This document shows, in pieces, positions 22,228-30,836 of a DNA stretch of 64,000 nucleotides. This DNA is from an uncultured Gammaproteobacteria bacterium (lineage in GTDB: Bacteria; Pseudomonadota; Gammaproteobacteria; Pseudomonadales; JAHEGP01). The stretch's first letter is position 1, and each line of letters begins with the position of its first letter. The stretch is from contig CAVVVC010000002.1 of assembly GCA_963751595.1 (NCBI GenBank), positions 135,103 through 199,102 on the forward strand. The letters run 5' to 3'. The notes under the pieces are model-generated. The model was given only the letters and a program-made list of their open reading frames with translations, was not told where the DNA came from and ran no database searches. A program made the position numbers and the translations under genes.

Positions 22228-22378
22228 GTCACCCATTCGGGTCCGCTCCCCTGCAAAAGCGCGCCATTATAACAGTTCCGGGCGCAGCGCTAAGGGCTTT
22301 TTGTCTCGGGTCCGGCAAAGTGTGGTAGTATTCGCGCCCTTTCTACTGCCAGGCAAGTTTAGTGGGGTCAGGCGTCTC

Positions 22379-22714
22379 ATGTATAAGGTAGTGTTTCTCA
22401 ATCACAACAAGGTTTACGAGCTGTACGCCAACGCGGTTTATCAGAGCGAAATGTATGGCTTTGTCGAGGTCGAAGATTTTGTTTTCGGCGAGAAAACCCA
22501 GGTGATCGTCGATCCCGGCGCCGAGAAGCTGCGCACCGAATTTAGTGGCGTCGAGCGTACCTACATTCCCATGCACCACATCCTGCGCATCGACGAGGTA
22601 GAGAAAGAAGGTACGGGCAAAATCAGGGAAGCGAGCCCGGACGACAAGGTTGCGATGTTTCCCCTCGGTGGCAGGGCGCCAAAGCCCGACAGTAGCCCTG
22701 AGCAGGAGGACTGA
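22379..22714 (+). CDS. DUF1820 family protein
   Basis: The ATG at 22379 gives MYKVVFLNHNKVYELYA...MHHILRIDEV, typical of DUF1820. It is divergent from miaB. The longer tracked ORF from 22226 would overlap the miaB start. Confidence 0.7.
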   Translation: MYKVVFLNHNKVYELYANAVYQSEMYGFVEVEDFVFGEKTQVIVDPGAEKLRTEFSGVERTYIPMHHILRIDEVEKEGTGKIREASPDDKVAMFPLGGRAPKPDSSPEQED

Positions 22715-22746
22715 CCCCGGCGTTTCCAGCGCGGGGGTCTGCTTCT

Positions 22747-24033
22747 TTATTTCGCCAATCGTTGCTGGACGGTAGCCAGCTTCACGCAGCAGACGAATAC
22801 CTGCATCGCCTGATCGATTTCCTCCAGGCTGGGGAAGCTGGGGGCCAGGCGAATATTGGTGTCCTTGGGATCCTTGCCGTAGGGGTAGGTGGCGCCGGCC
22901 GGTGTCAGCACCACCCCGGCGCTGGCCGCCAGCTCGACCACTTTTTGCGCGAGGCCGGGACGAGTGTCGAAGGAGATGAAGTAGCCACCCCTTGGCTCTG
23001 TCCAGGTTGCGATATCCAGCCCGCCGAGGCCTTCGCGCAAATGCTTCAGCACAATATCGAAACGCGGTTTCAACAGCGCGGCATGGCCCTGCATGTGGCG
23101 CTCTATGCCAGTCCTGTCACGCAGCAGCCTGACGTGGCGGAGCTGGTTGATCTTGTCTGGCCCGATCTGGCTGATCACCAACTGCTGCTTGAAGCTGCGC
23201 AGGTTGTTTTCAGTCATCGCGACAAAGGCGACACCGGCACCGGCAAAGGTAATCTTCGACGTCGAGCCGAACAGGTAAAGGGCGTCGGCGGTGCCGGCTT
23301 CATCAAAGGCCGCCATTACATTGTCCAGCTGCGGTGCATCGGCGACCAGCGTGTGCACGGCATAGGCATTATCGCAAAACACCCTGAAGTGAGGGCCTGC
23401 TATTTTCGGCAGCGCGGCCAGGCGCTTGACCGTGGCGCTGCTGTAAACGCACCCCGACGGATTGGAAAACCGCGGTACGCACCAGATTCCCTTGATCATC
23501 GGGTCCTGCGCCACCAGCCTCTCGACTTCATCCATGTCAGGCCCGGTATCATCCAGGGGCACCGGAATCATTTCAATGCCGAGCTGTTCACAGATGGAAA
23601 AGTGGCGGTCGTAACCCGGTACCGGAGCGAGGAACTTAACGCTGCCAGCTTGCTTTGCCCATGCTGAATCGGCGCCCGCCACTCCCTGGTAGTGAGCGAA
23701 CAACACGGCGAAATACATCAGGGTCAGGCTGCTATTGCCACCCACCAGCAACTGACTGCTGTCCACTCCCAGCATCTCGGCAAACAGTGTCCTGGCCTCT
23801 GGAATGCCGTCCAGGCCACCATAGTTGCGCAGGTCAGTGCCCGTGCTGTCGCGATAGTTGCCCTGCAGAATGCCGTCGAGCGCATCCGACAATGACAATT
23901 GCTCGGGGCCGGGCTTGCCTCGGGTCAGGTCGAGTTTCAGCCCGGCGTCCCGGTACTGCTTCAGTTGCTCCAGTAAATCCCGCTCCAGAGTCTTAAGCCC
24001 GGCATTGTCTGTCTGGTCGAGTGGCTTGCTCAT
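22747..24033 (-). CDS. Class I/II PLP-dependent aminotransferase
   Basis: 428-aa ORF with an aminotransferase fold signature (LDLTRGKPGPEQL) and a candidate PLP-lysine region (STSKITFAGAG). The substrate is unknown. Confidence 0.75.
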   Translation of the reverse strand: MSKPLDQTDNAGLKTLERDLLEQLKQYRDAGLKLDLTRGKPGPEQLSLSDALDGILQGNYRDSTGTDLRNYGGLDGIPEARTLFAEMLGVDSSQLLVGGNSSLTLMYFAVLFAHYQGVAGADSAWAKQAGSVKFLAPVPGYDRHFSICEQLGIEMIPVPLDDTGPDMDEVERLVAQDPMIKGIWCVPRFSNPSGCVYSSATVKRLAALPKIAGPHFRVFCDNAYAVHTLVADAPQLDNVMAAFDEAGTADALYLFGSTSKITFAGAGVAFVAMTENNLRSFKQQLVISQIGPDKINQLRHVRLLRDRTGIERHMQGHAALLKPRFDIVLKHLREGLGGLDIATWTEPRGGYFISFDTRPGLAQKVVELAASAGVVLTPAGATYPYGKDPKDTNIRLAPSFPSLEEIDQAMQVFVCCVKLATVQQRLAK

Positions 24034-24196
24034 TGATTACCCCCTTGGCGTTATGAGCCGCGATTATAACGCAGCGTCGTGCAGGGGAGCTTGACTAAAG
24101 TCGTGTTTGTATGCAGAACTTGAAGGTTCATAATGGTGTGACGAAAGAGATCGAATAAAGCGGGAATAATCAAGCTAATAATATAAGGAGACTGCA

Positions 24197-26098
24197 ATGT
24201 CCTATCAGCAAGAGTATCAGCGCTCTATAGACCAACCAGAGGATTTCTGGCGGGAGAAGGCAAGTGATCTTGCCTGGTTCAAAAAACCCGAGACAATACT
24301 GGCGGACGACGATAACGGCATTGCCCGATGGTTCGTTGATGGCGAGCTGAACACCTGTTACCTGGCCCTCGATAGTCATGTCGAAAACGGCCGCGGCGAC
24401 CAGCCGGCCTTGATTTACGATTCGCCGGTCACCGATACCAAGCGCCAGTACACCTATCGGCAGTTGCGTGACGAAGTGGCGCTGTTTGCCGGCGCCCTGG
24501 CCAAACTGGGTGTTGGCAAAGGTGATCGGGTGCTGGTCTACATGCCGATGGTTCCAGAAGCGGCGATCGCCATGTTGGCCTGCGCTCGGCTGGGTGCAGT
24601 CCATTCCGTGGTCTTTGGCGGGTTTGCGCCAGGAGAGCTCAAGATACGCATTGATGATGCTGAGCCCAAGGTCGTGGTTTCGGCATCCTGTGGCATCGAG
24701 GTTCAGCGAGTCATCCCCTACAAGCCGATGCTGGACGCGGCAATCGAGTTGGCTGAGCACAAGCCGGGTAACTGCATTATCCTGCAGCGTGAGCAGGTGC
24801 AGGCAGACCTGCAGCCAGGCAGGGACCTGGAGTGGCAGGAGGCGCTTGCCGGTGTTGAGCCCGCCGACTGTGTACCCGTGCTGGCGACCGACCCCTTATA
24901 CATTCTTTATACCTCCGGCACCACGGGCGCCCCCAAGGGTATCGTCCGGGACAATGGCGGCCACGCGGTGGCGCTCAAGTATTCCATGAAGGCGATTTAT
25001 GACATCAACCCCGGTGAGGTTTTCTGGGCGGCCTCTGACGTGGGCTGGGTCGTGGGGCACAGCTACATTGTCTACGCACCGCTACTGGCTGGTTGCACCA
25101 GCATCTTCTATGAAGGCAAGCCGGTAAAAACCCCCGATGCCGGCGCCTTCTGGCGCGTCATTTCCGAGTACAACGTCAAGGCGATCTTTTCGGCGCCGAC
25201 GGCTTTTCGGGCGATAAAAAAGGAAGATCCGGAGGGTGAGATGGTGCGCAAGTACGACCTTGCCTGCTTGAAAACCCTGTTCCTGGCCGGGGAGCGTCTG
25301 GACCCGCCGACCTACGAATGGTTGCGGGATTTATTCAAGCTGCCGGTCATCGACCACTGGTGGCAAACCGAAACCGGCTGGGCTATTGCCGCCAACCTCA
25401 CCGGGATCGAGGCCGTGACCACCAAGCCCGGTTCCGCCACCTATCCGGTGCCGGGCTACAACGTTTGCATCCTCGACGAGGAGGGCAATGAATTGCCCCG
25501 CGGTGAGCAGGGTGCTATCTCCGTCAAGCTTCCCATGCCCCCGGGCTGCCTGCCGACGATCTGGCGCGACCACAGCCGCTACGTCGACGGTTACCTCAAG
25601 CAGTTCCCCGGTTATTACGTCAGCGGCGATGGGGGTTACTTCGATGAGGATGGCTACCTGTTCGTGATGGGGCGGACCGACGATGTCATCAATGTCGCTG
25701 GCCATCGACTTTCGACCGGTGAGTTGGAAGAGGTCGTAGGCAGCCATGCCGCCGTCGCCGAATGTGCGGTGATCGGGATCAATGATGATCTCAAGGGCCA
25801 GATACCGGTAGCCCTGATGTGCCTCAAGGATGGCGTCGAGCAGGCGGATGAGCAAATCGAGGCGGAAGTGGTGCAATTGGTCCGCGATACGACCGGGGCG
25901 GTAGCCTGCCTGCGTCAGGCACTGGTGGTCAAGCGCCTGCCGAAGACACGCTCAGGCAAGATTCTGCGCGCTATCCTCAACAAGATTGCCGACGGCAAGG
26001 AATACAAAGCGCCGTCGACGATCGATGATCCCGCTGTGTTGCAGGAAGTGACCGAGTTGATGAGTGCTCGAAAGGTTGGCACTTTCGCTGGGCGTTGA
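24197..26098 (+). CDS. prpE: Propionate--CoA ligase / acetyl-CoA synthetase-family acyl-CoA synthetase
   Basis: The ATG is preceded by AAGGAG. The AMP-binding motif YTSGTTGAPKG is present. The N-terminus MSYQQEYQRSIDQPEDFW and the length of 633 aa resemble PrpE. No prpBCD neighbours are present, so the symbol is tentative. Confidence 0.7.
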   Translation: MSYQQEYQRSIDQPEDFWREKASDLAWFKKPETILADDDNGIARWFVDGELNTCYLALDSHVENGRGDQPALIYDSPVTDTKRQYTYRQLRDEVALFAGALAKLGVGKGDRVLVYMPMVPEAAIAMLACARLGAVHSVVFGGFAPGELKIRIDDAEPKVVVSASCGIEVQRVIPYKPMLDAAIELAEHKPGNCIILQREQVQADLQPGRDLEWQEALAGVEPADCVPVLATDPLYILYTSGTTGAPKGIVRDNGGHAVALKYSMKAIYDINPGEVFWAASDVGWVVGHSYIVYAPLLAGCTSIFYEGKPVKTPDAGAFWRVISEYNVKAIFSAPTAFRAIKKEDPEGEMVRKYDLACLKTLFLAGERLDPPTYEWLRDLFKLPVIDHWWQTETGWAIAANLTGIEAVTTKPGSATYPVPGYNVCILDEEGNELPRGEQGAISVKLPMPPGCLPTIWRDHSRYVDGYLKQFPGYYVSGDGGYFDEDGYLFVMGRTDDVINVAGHRLSTGELEEVVGSHAAVAECAVIGINDDLKGQIPVALMCLKDGVEQADEQIEAEVVQLVRDTTGAVACLRQALVVKRLPKTRSGKILRAILNKIADGKEYKAPSTIDDPAVLQEVTELMSARKVGTFAGR

Positions 26099-26247
26099 AA
26101 TGGCCTGAAATTTTCCGGGTTCGGCAACCCTGTCGGGTCTAGGATGTATTTACGTCTGCAGGACCGTTGAGGAGTACTCTGCGACGGATGCTTTCTGTGG
26201 ACGTTTTTACCTCGACAGGTGCCGACCGATCGTTGATCAGGGATTGG

Positions 26248-26589
26248 TCAGCTTGCGTAGCCACCGATGAGTGCGTCTATGGCTTCAAGCGCCTCGGGCG
26301 AGGCGTCAATAATCTGGTAACCGGACCAGTGTCGGTTGACATTCTCCGCGCTGCGACTCCAGAGGCAATCGACGCCCAGATCAATACGGTTGGTCCCTTC
26401 GATGGGTTCTGGCAGTTCCAGGGAAAACTGGAATATCGAGTTGGTAGCCATTTCCTGATCGCTGATAATCATCAGCCCCTCCACAGTAATATTAACCAGT
26501 TCCCCGATGGGCGCACCGTCCATGGCGTTGCGGATCAGGATCGTGGTGTTGAGTTCCTGGCGCTGGTGCTTCCTGTGGTGCTCTGACAA
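26248..26589 (-). CDS. PilZ domain protein (single domain)
   Basis: 113-aa ORF with an N-terminal RxxxR-like motif (HRKHQR) and a downstream N-x-T/S-x-x-G motif (NITVEG), typical of c-di-GMP-binding PilZ domains. Confidence 0.7.
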   Translation of the reverse strand: MSEHHRKHQRQELNTTILIRNAMDGAPIGELVNITVEGLMIISDQEMATNSIFQFSLELPEPIEGTNRIDLGVDCLWSRSAENVNRHWSGYQIIDASPEALEAIDALIGGYAS

Positions 26590-26733
26590 TGCTTTATCCC
26601 CTATGCAGCGGTGTTTAAGGCGATGGTTGGCTTTGGGCTAAAGTATAGATGCTGCTAGCGATCGGTGGGAATTTGTCGTTGCCCCGGGTCCGGCTAGCGC
26701 CCGGTTCTGCCCCTTCTGTGCTGGCAGTGGGGA

Positions 26734-26767
26734 CAAAAAAACCCGGTGCTGCATCACAACACCGGGC
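26734..26767 (-). terminator. Rho-independent terminator downstream of the porin gene
   Basis: On the minus strand the sequence reads AAGCCCGGTGttgtgatgcagCACCGGGTTTTTTT. It starts about 20 nt after the porin stop. Confidence 0.75.
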
Positions 26768-26787
26768 TTCGTTGGAGCAAGCCGTGC

Positions 26788-28071
26788 TTAGAATGCTGCC
26801 TGCAGGCGCATCGAAAAGCCATGGCCCGAGTCGAAGGTCGACTGGCCCGGTTCCAGAACCAGTGAATCGGCACGTACCAGGTCGTCGCCATTGGAGGCCA
26901 AGTCTTCGTCCCAGCTGGTGTACACATAGTTGGCGCTAACCCGCAGTATCTCCGAGGGGTACCAGTTGACGCCGAGGGTGGTAATGCCGCCCTTGTTGCG
27001 ATTGGCAGCGTTGATGCCGCTGTCATCCAGGCTGACACCCGCTTGCTTGATGAACACTTCCCAGGCGCCCAGACCCTTGTTGTTGGGCTTGACCTTGTCC
27101 CATGTCCCCTTCTTGTAGGGTCGTGACTCGCCGGTGATAAACCAGCCGGCTTGTACGTAATAACCGTCGGCAGAGGCGTCTTCGCCATTATCGGCGGCCT
27201 TGGTGTCGCGGCGATGGTACTCGCCGGCACCATGGAATGGCCCAAGTTTGCCGGCCAGTTCCAGCGCCATGATGGTCTGCGACTCGATGGGGTCGATGCC
27301 GATCTCGATGTCGTCCCCGCTGCGGATGCCCTGGGTCACGCCGGTGCCGTCGAATGCGTCATCGGGGTCATCGGTGGCGTCGCGTTGGGTGGCGCCTATA
27401 CCAAGGTGAAGCAATGCGTTGTCGCTGTTGATCGGGGATATGAACGCACGGCCGGTGTAGGCCCATTTCTGTGCGCCGGAGTCGCTGAACTGATCGTTGT
27501 TGTCGAAGATACCGAAGGCGTAGCCCCAGAAATTGTTGGCGCCATGAATGCTGATACCCAGGCTTCGCCCTTCAGCGAAGAAGTCGTTGATCGGCGAGCG
27601 TTCAATAGAGGTAACGTATTTCGAACTGGTAAGTTCCTCGAGGCTGAAAGGTTCCTTGTGTTTACCAATCGTAACGTTGGCAAAGTTATAGCGCTTCCAG
27701 CGAATATAGAGATCCTCGGCGGTACCGCCCCCGGAGCCCGAGTCGACGAGGTTGAACTGCATCTTATAGGCCCAGTTCTTGAACACATCCCCCTGGATGT
27801 AAATGCGGGCACGACGGAAGAACAAGTCCGTGCCGGTGTCGCCATCGCCATTTATCAGATTCATACTATCGTTGAACGCATCGAACTGCACCTGCACCCT
27901 GCCGCCGATGCGAAAGCTGAAGTCGCCGCTTTCGGTGGCGGCCTGGAAGCCCCCTTTGGTCTTGATGACGATATCTTCGCCATCGGTGATGACATTCCCG
28001 GCCATGGATTGTGAGCTGATCAGGCCCGCCGCCCCCAAGCTTATGGCTGTTCGCAACCAATTATTCTTCAT
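26788..28071 (-). CDS. Phosphate-selective porin O/P family outer-membrane porin
   Basis: It has a signal peptide (MKNNWLRTAISLGAAGLISSQSMA), a beta-barrel-like alternating pattern, a C-terminal aromatic residue (...LQAAF), and length and composition typical of OprO/OprP. Confidence 0.75.
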   Translation of the reverse strand: MKNNWLRTAISLGAAGLISSQSMAGNVITDGEDIVIKTKGGFQAATESGDFSFRIGGRVQVQFDAFNDSMNLINGDGDTGTDLFFRRARIYIQGDVFKNWAYKMQFNLVDSGSGGGTAEDLYIRWKRYNFANVTIGKHKEPFSLEELTSSKYVTSIERSPINDFFAEGRSLGISIHGANNFWGYAFGIFDNNDQFSDSGAQKWAYTGRAFISPINSDNALLHLGIGATQRDATDDPDDAFDGTGVTQGIRSGDDIEIGIDPIESQTIMALELAGKLGPFHGAGEYHRRDTKAADNGEDASADGYYVQAGWFITGESRPYKKGTWDKVKPNNKGLGAWEVFIKQAGVSLDDSGINAANRNKGGITTLGVNWYPSEILRVSANYVYTSWDEDLASNGDDLVRADSLVLEPGQSTFDSGHGFSMRLQAAF

Positions 28072-28150
28072 AGTCTGTCCCCTAGGATGTACCCGTTAAA
28101 AAATTAAAGACCGGTCTCCACCGGATGGGCTGGTATTTTGTAAGCTTATT

Positions 28151-28168
28151 GTTGCATTAGTATGACAT
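28151..28168 (-). promoter_or_regulatory. Possible Pho box upstream of the porin gene
   Basis: The minus-strand sequence is aTGTCATactaATGCAAC, 80-97 nt upstream of the porin start. The first half-site is a good match to CTGTCAT and the second is weak. Confidence 0.25.
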
Positions 28169-28201
28169 CGCCGGATTGTCTGGCTTTAGCTGCCCTAACG
28201 G

Positions 28202-28229
28202 CTTGAAGAAGCGCTATGTGACCCAACCT
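28202..28229 (+). promoter_or_regulatory. Possible sigma32 heat-shock promoter for lon
   Basis: CTTGAA (28202-28207), a 14-nt spacer, then CCCAACCT (28222-28229), compared with the consensus CTTGAA-N13-17-CCCCATNT. It lies about 35 nt upstream of the lon ATG. Confidence 0.35.
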
Positions 28230-28263
28230 CTATAGTCTGTGAGGAAAGCCCGGGAGCAAAAGT

Positions 28264-30660
28264 ATGATTGAAGAAGCTACACAGGCACAGCCGCCAGAAG
28301 GTGCCGAGGCCGAGTCGAGCAGCGGTTTGGTTCTGCCCGATCAGGTGTTACCCGATGTGCTGCACCTCATTCCGGTCATGTCCCGGCCGTTTTTCCCGGC
28401 CCAGGTGCACCCGGTGGTGGTCGATGCAGACCCGTGGCAGGCCACCCTGCAGGCGGTCGCTGACGGTGGTGGCCCCCCGGTGGCCGGGTTGGTATACACC
28501 CCCCAATTGGAAGATCTGGAAAAAGTGGATCACTTTCCTGCCATTGGATGTGCGGTCAGGCTGATCAGTGCGGCCGCCGAGGAGGGGAAAATCCAGTTTG
28601 TCTGCCAGGGTCTGCAGCGCTTTCGCATTGTCCAGTGGCTAAGCGAAACCCCGCCGTATCGGGTGCGGGTAGAGTACCTGCGAAGCGCCGAGGAAGACTC
28701 CGAAAATCTGAAAGCCTTTGCGATGGCGATCATAGCGGCGATCAAGGAACTGCTGCCGCTGAACCCGCTGTACAATGCCGAGCTGCGCCACTACCTGAAT
28801 CGCTTCAGTCCCAATGACCCATCCCCGCTGACTGACTTTGCCGCGTCACTGACCACCGCGCCCGGGGAAGACCTGCAGAAGATTCTCGAGACGCTGCCAC
28901 TGGGGCGGCGGATGGAAAAGGTCCTGTTGCTGCTCAAAAAGGAGCTTGACGTTGCGCGCCTGCAGAGCAAAATCAGTGAGCAGGTCAACGAAAAGATCAG
29001 TGGCCAGCAGCGGGAGTTTTTCCTCCGGGAGCAACTGAAGGTGATCCAGAAGGAGCTGGGCTTGTCCAAGGACGACAAGACCGCTGAAACCGAGGAATTT
29101 CAGCAGCGCCTCGAGGGAAAAGTCGTGCCCGAAGAGGCGCAGCGGCGTATCGATGAGGAGATGCGTAAATTCTCGGTGCTGGAAAGTGGCTCTCCCGAAT
29201 ATGCCGTCACCCGCAACTATCTTGACTGGCTAACAATTATGCCGTGGGGTGTCCACTCCCAGGACAAGCTGGATCTACAGCATGCCCGCGAGGTGCTCAA
29301 TGCCCACCATGACGGCCTCGACGATGTGAAGCAGCGAATCGTCGAGTTTCTGGCGTTGGGAGCTTTCAAGGGCGAGGTCTCTGGTTCGATTATCCTGCTG
29401 GTGGGGCCACCGGGGGTCGGCAAGACCTCGATTGGACGCAGCATCGCCGATGCCCTGGGGCGAAAATTCTACCGTTTTAGCGTCGGCGGAATGCGCGACG
29501 AAGCCGAGATCAAGGGGCATCGGCGCACCTATATCGGCGCCATGCCGGGCAAGTTCGTCCAGGCGCTGAAGGATGTCGAGGTCAGTAATCCTGTGATTAT
29601 GCTCGATGAGATCGACAAGATCGGCTCCTCCTACCAGGGTGATCCGGCATCGGCCTTGCTGGAGGCGCTGGACCCGGAGCAAAACAGTGAGTTTCTCGAT
29701 CACTACCTGGATGTTCGCCTGGATCTCTCCAATGCGCTGTTCATCTGCACGGCAAACCAACTCGACACCATTCCCGGCCCGTTACTCGACCGGATGGAGA
29801 CGATCCGTTTGTCCGGTTATATCGCCGAGGAAAAGCTGGCCATTGCCCGCAATCATCTCTGGCCCCGGATTCTGCAGCAGGCGGGCGTCAAGAGCAGCCA
29901 GCTAAAGATAAGCGATGGTGCCCTCAAGCGGGTAATCGAAGGCTATGCCCGCGAGGCCGGCGTGCGCAATCTGGAAAAGCAGCTGCGTAAAATTCTGCGC
30001 AAGGCGGTGGTCGAGATTCTGGAGCAGGGCAGCAAGGCCGTGAAGATCGGCGTCAGGAGTGTGGAGGACTATCTCGGCCCGCCGGTGTTTACAGCGGACG
30101 CGGCCATTGCCGGGGTCGGTGTCGTCACCGGACTGGCCTGGACGGCCATGGGGGGCGCTACCCTGCCCATAGAGGCGACACGGGTGCATACCTTGAACCG
30201 CGGTTTCAAGCTCACCGGTCAGCTCGGCGACGTGATGAAAGAGTCGGCGGCTATTGCCTACAGTTATGTGATCGCAAATCTTGAGCGCTACCGTGCCGAC
30301 CGGGAGTTCTTTGATGAAGCCCAGGTGCATTTGCACGTGCCCGCGGGTGCAACTCCCAAGGATGGCCCCAGCGCGGGGATTACGATGGCCACCGCCTTGC
30401 TGTCGCTGGCATTGCAGCGCAGGGTACCGCTTGGGCTGGCCATGACCGGGGAATTGACCCTGACCGGTCAGGTGCTGCCCGTCGGAGGCATCCGCGAAAA
30501 GGTCATTGCGGCGCGGCGGGCAAAATTGAAACGGCTGGTATTACCCGCCGCCAATGAGCGGGACTACGATGAGCTGCCAGGCTATCTCAAAGAGGGCCTG
30601 ACGGTCACCTTTGCGGCCCACTTCAACGACGTCTTCGAGGCTGCCCTGGACCGAGGCTAG
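28264..30660 (+). CDS. lon: ATP-dependent Lon protease (endopeptidase La)
   Basis: It has a LON N-domain, an AAA+ Walker A motif GPPGVGKTS, and a proteolytic domain with the catalytic Ser motif PKDGPSAGITM. Confidence 0.93.
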   Translation: MIEEATQAQPPEGAEAESSSGLVLPDQVLPDVLHLIPVMSRPFFPAQVHPVVVDADPWQATLQAVADGGGPPVAGLVYTPQLEDLEKVDHFPAIGCAVRLISAAAEEGKIQFVCQGLQRFRIVQWLSETPPYRVRVEYLRSAEEDSENLKAFAMAIIAAIKELLPLNPLYNAELRHYLNRFSPNDPSPLTDFAASLTTAPGEDLQKILETLPLGRRMEKVLLLLKKELDVARLQSKISEQVNEKISGQQREFFLREQLKVIQKELGLSKDDKTAETEEFQQRLEGKVVPEEAQRRIDEEMRKFSVLESGSPEYAVTRNYLDWLTIMPWGVHSQDKLDLQHAREVLNAHHDGLDDVKQRIVEFLALGAFKGEVSGSIILLVGPPGVGKTSIGRSIADALGRKFYRFSVGGMRDEAEIKGHRRTYIGAMPGKFVQALKDVEVSNPVIMLDEIDKIGSSYQGDPASALLEALDPEQNSEFLDHYLDVRLDLSNALFICTANQLDTIPGPLLDRMETIRLSGYIAEEKLAIARNHLWPRILQQAGVKSSQLKISDGALKRVIEGYAREAGVRNLEKQLRKILRKAVVEILEQGSKAVKIGVRSVEDYLGPPVFTADAAIAGVGVVTGLAWTAMGGATLPIEATRVHTLNRGFKLTGQLGDVMKESAAIAYSYVIANLERYRADREFFDEAQVHLHVPAGATPKDGPSAGITMATALLSLALQRRVPLGLAMTGELTLTGQVLPVGGIREKVIAARRAKLKRLVLPAANERDYDELPGYLKEGLTVTFAAHFNDVFEAALDRG

Positions 30661-30662
30661 AG

Positions 30663-30834
30663 TGAATGGCACTTACTCAAGCCGATTCGGGTGTCTACCT
30701 CAGCAGGACCTTCGCCGACAGGGATGTCGGCGCAGAGCCCCCAGGGACGGGTTTACGGCGTGTCCTAACGGGGTAGATGCCCGGAGCGGCGCTTTGAAAA
30801 GCCTGTGCATTTCTCCTTAACCAAGTGCCATTGA
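30663..30834. mobile_element. MITE-like non-autonomous element, copy 2 (about 170 bp), starting about 3 nt after the lon stop codon (TAG 30658-30660)
   Basis: The core 30664-30820 is about 95% identical to 12465-12621. The inverted termini are AATGGCACT (30665-30673) and AGTGCCATT (30824-30832). The flanking direct repeat GAGGCTAGAGTG is perfect once the adjacent IS and one CTAG are removed. Confidence 0.6.
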
Positions 30835-30836
30835 GG

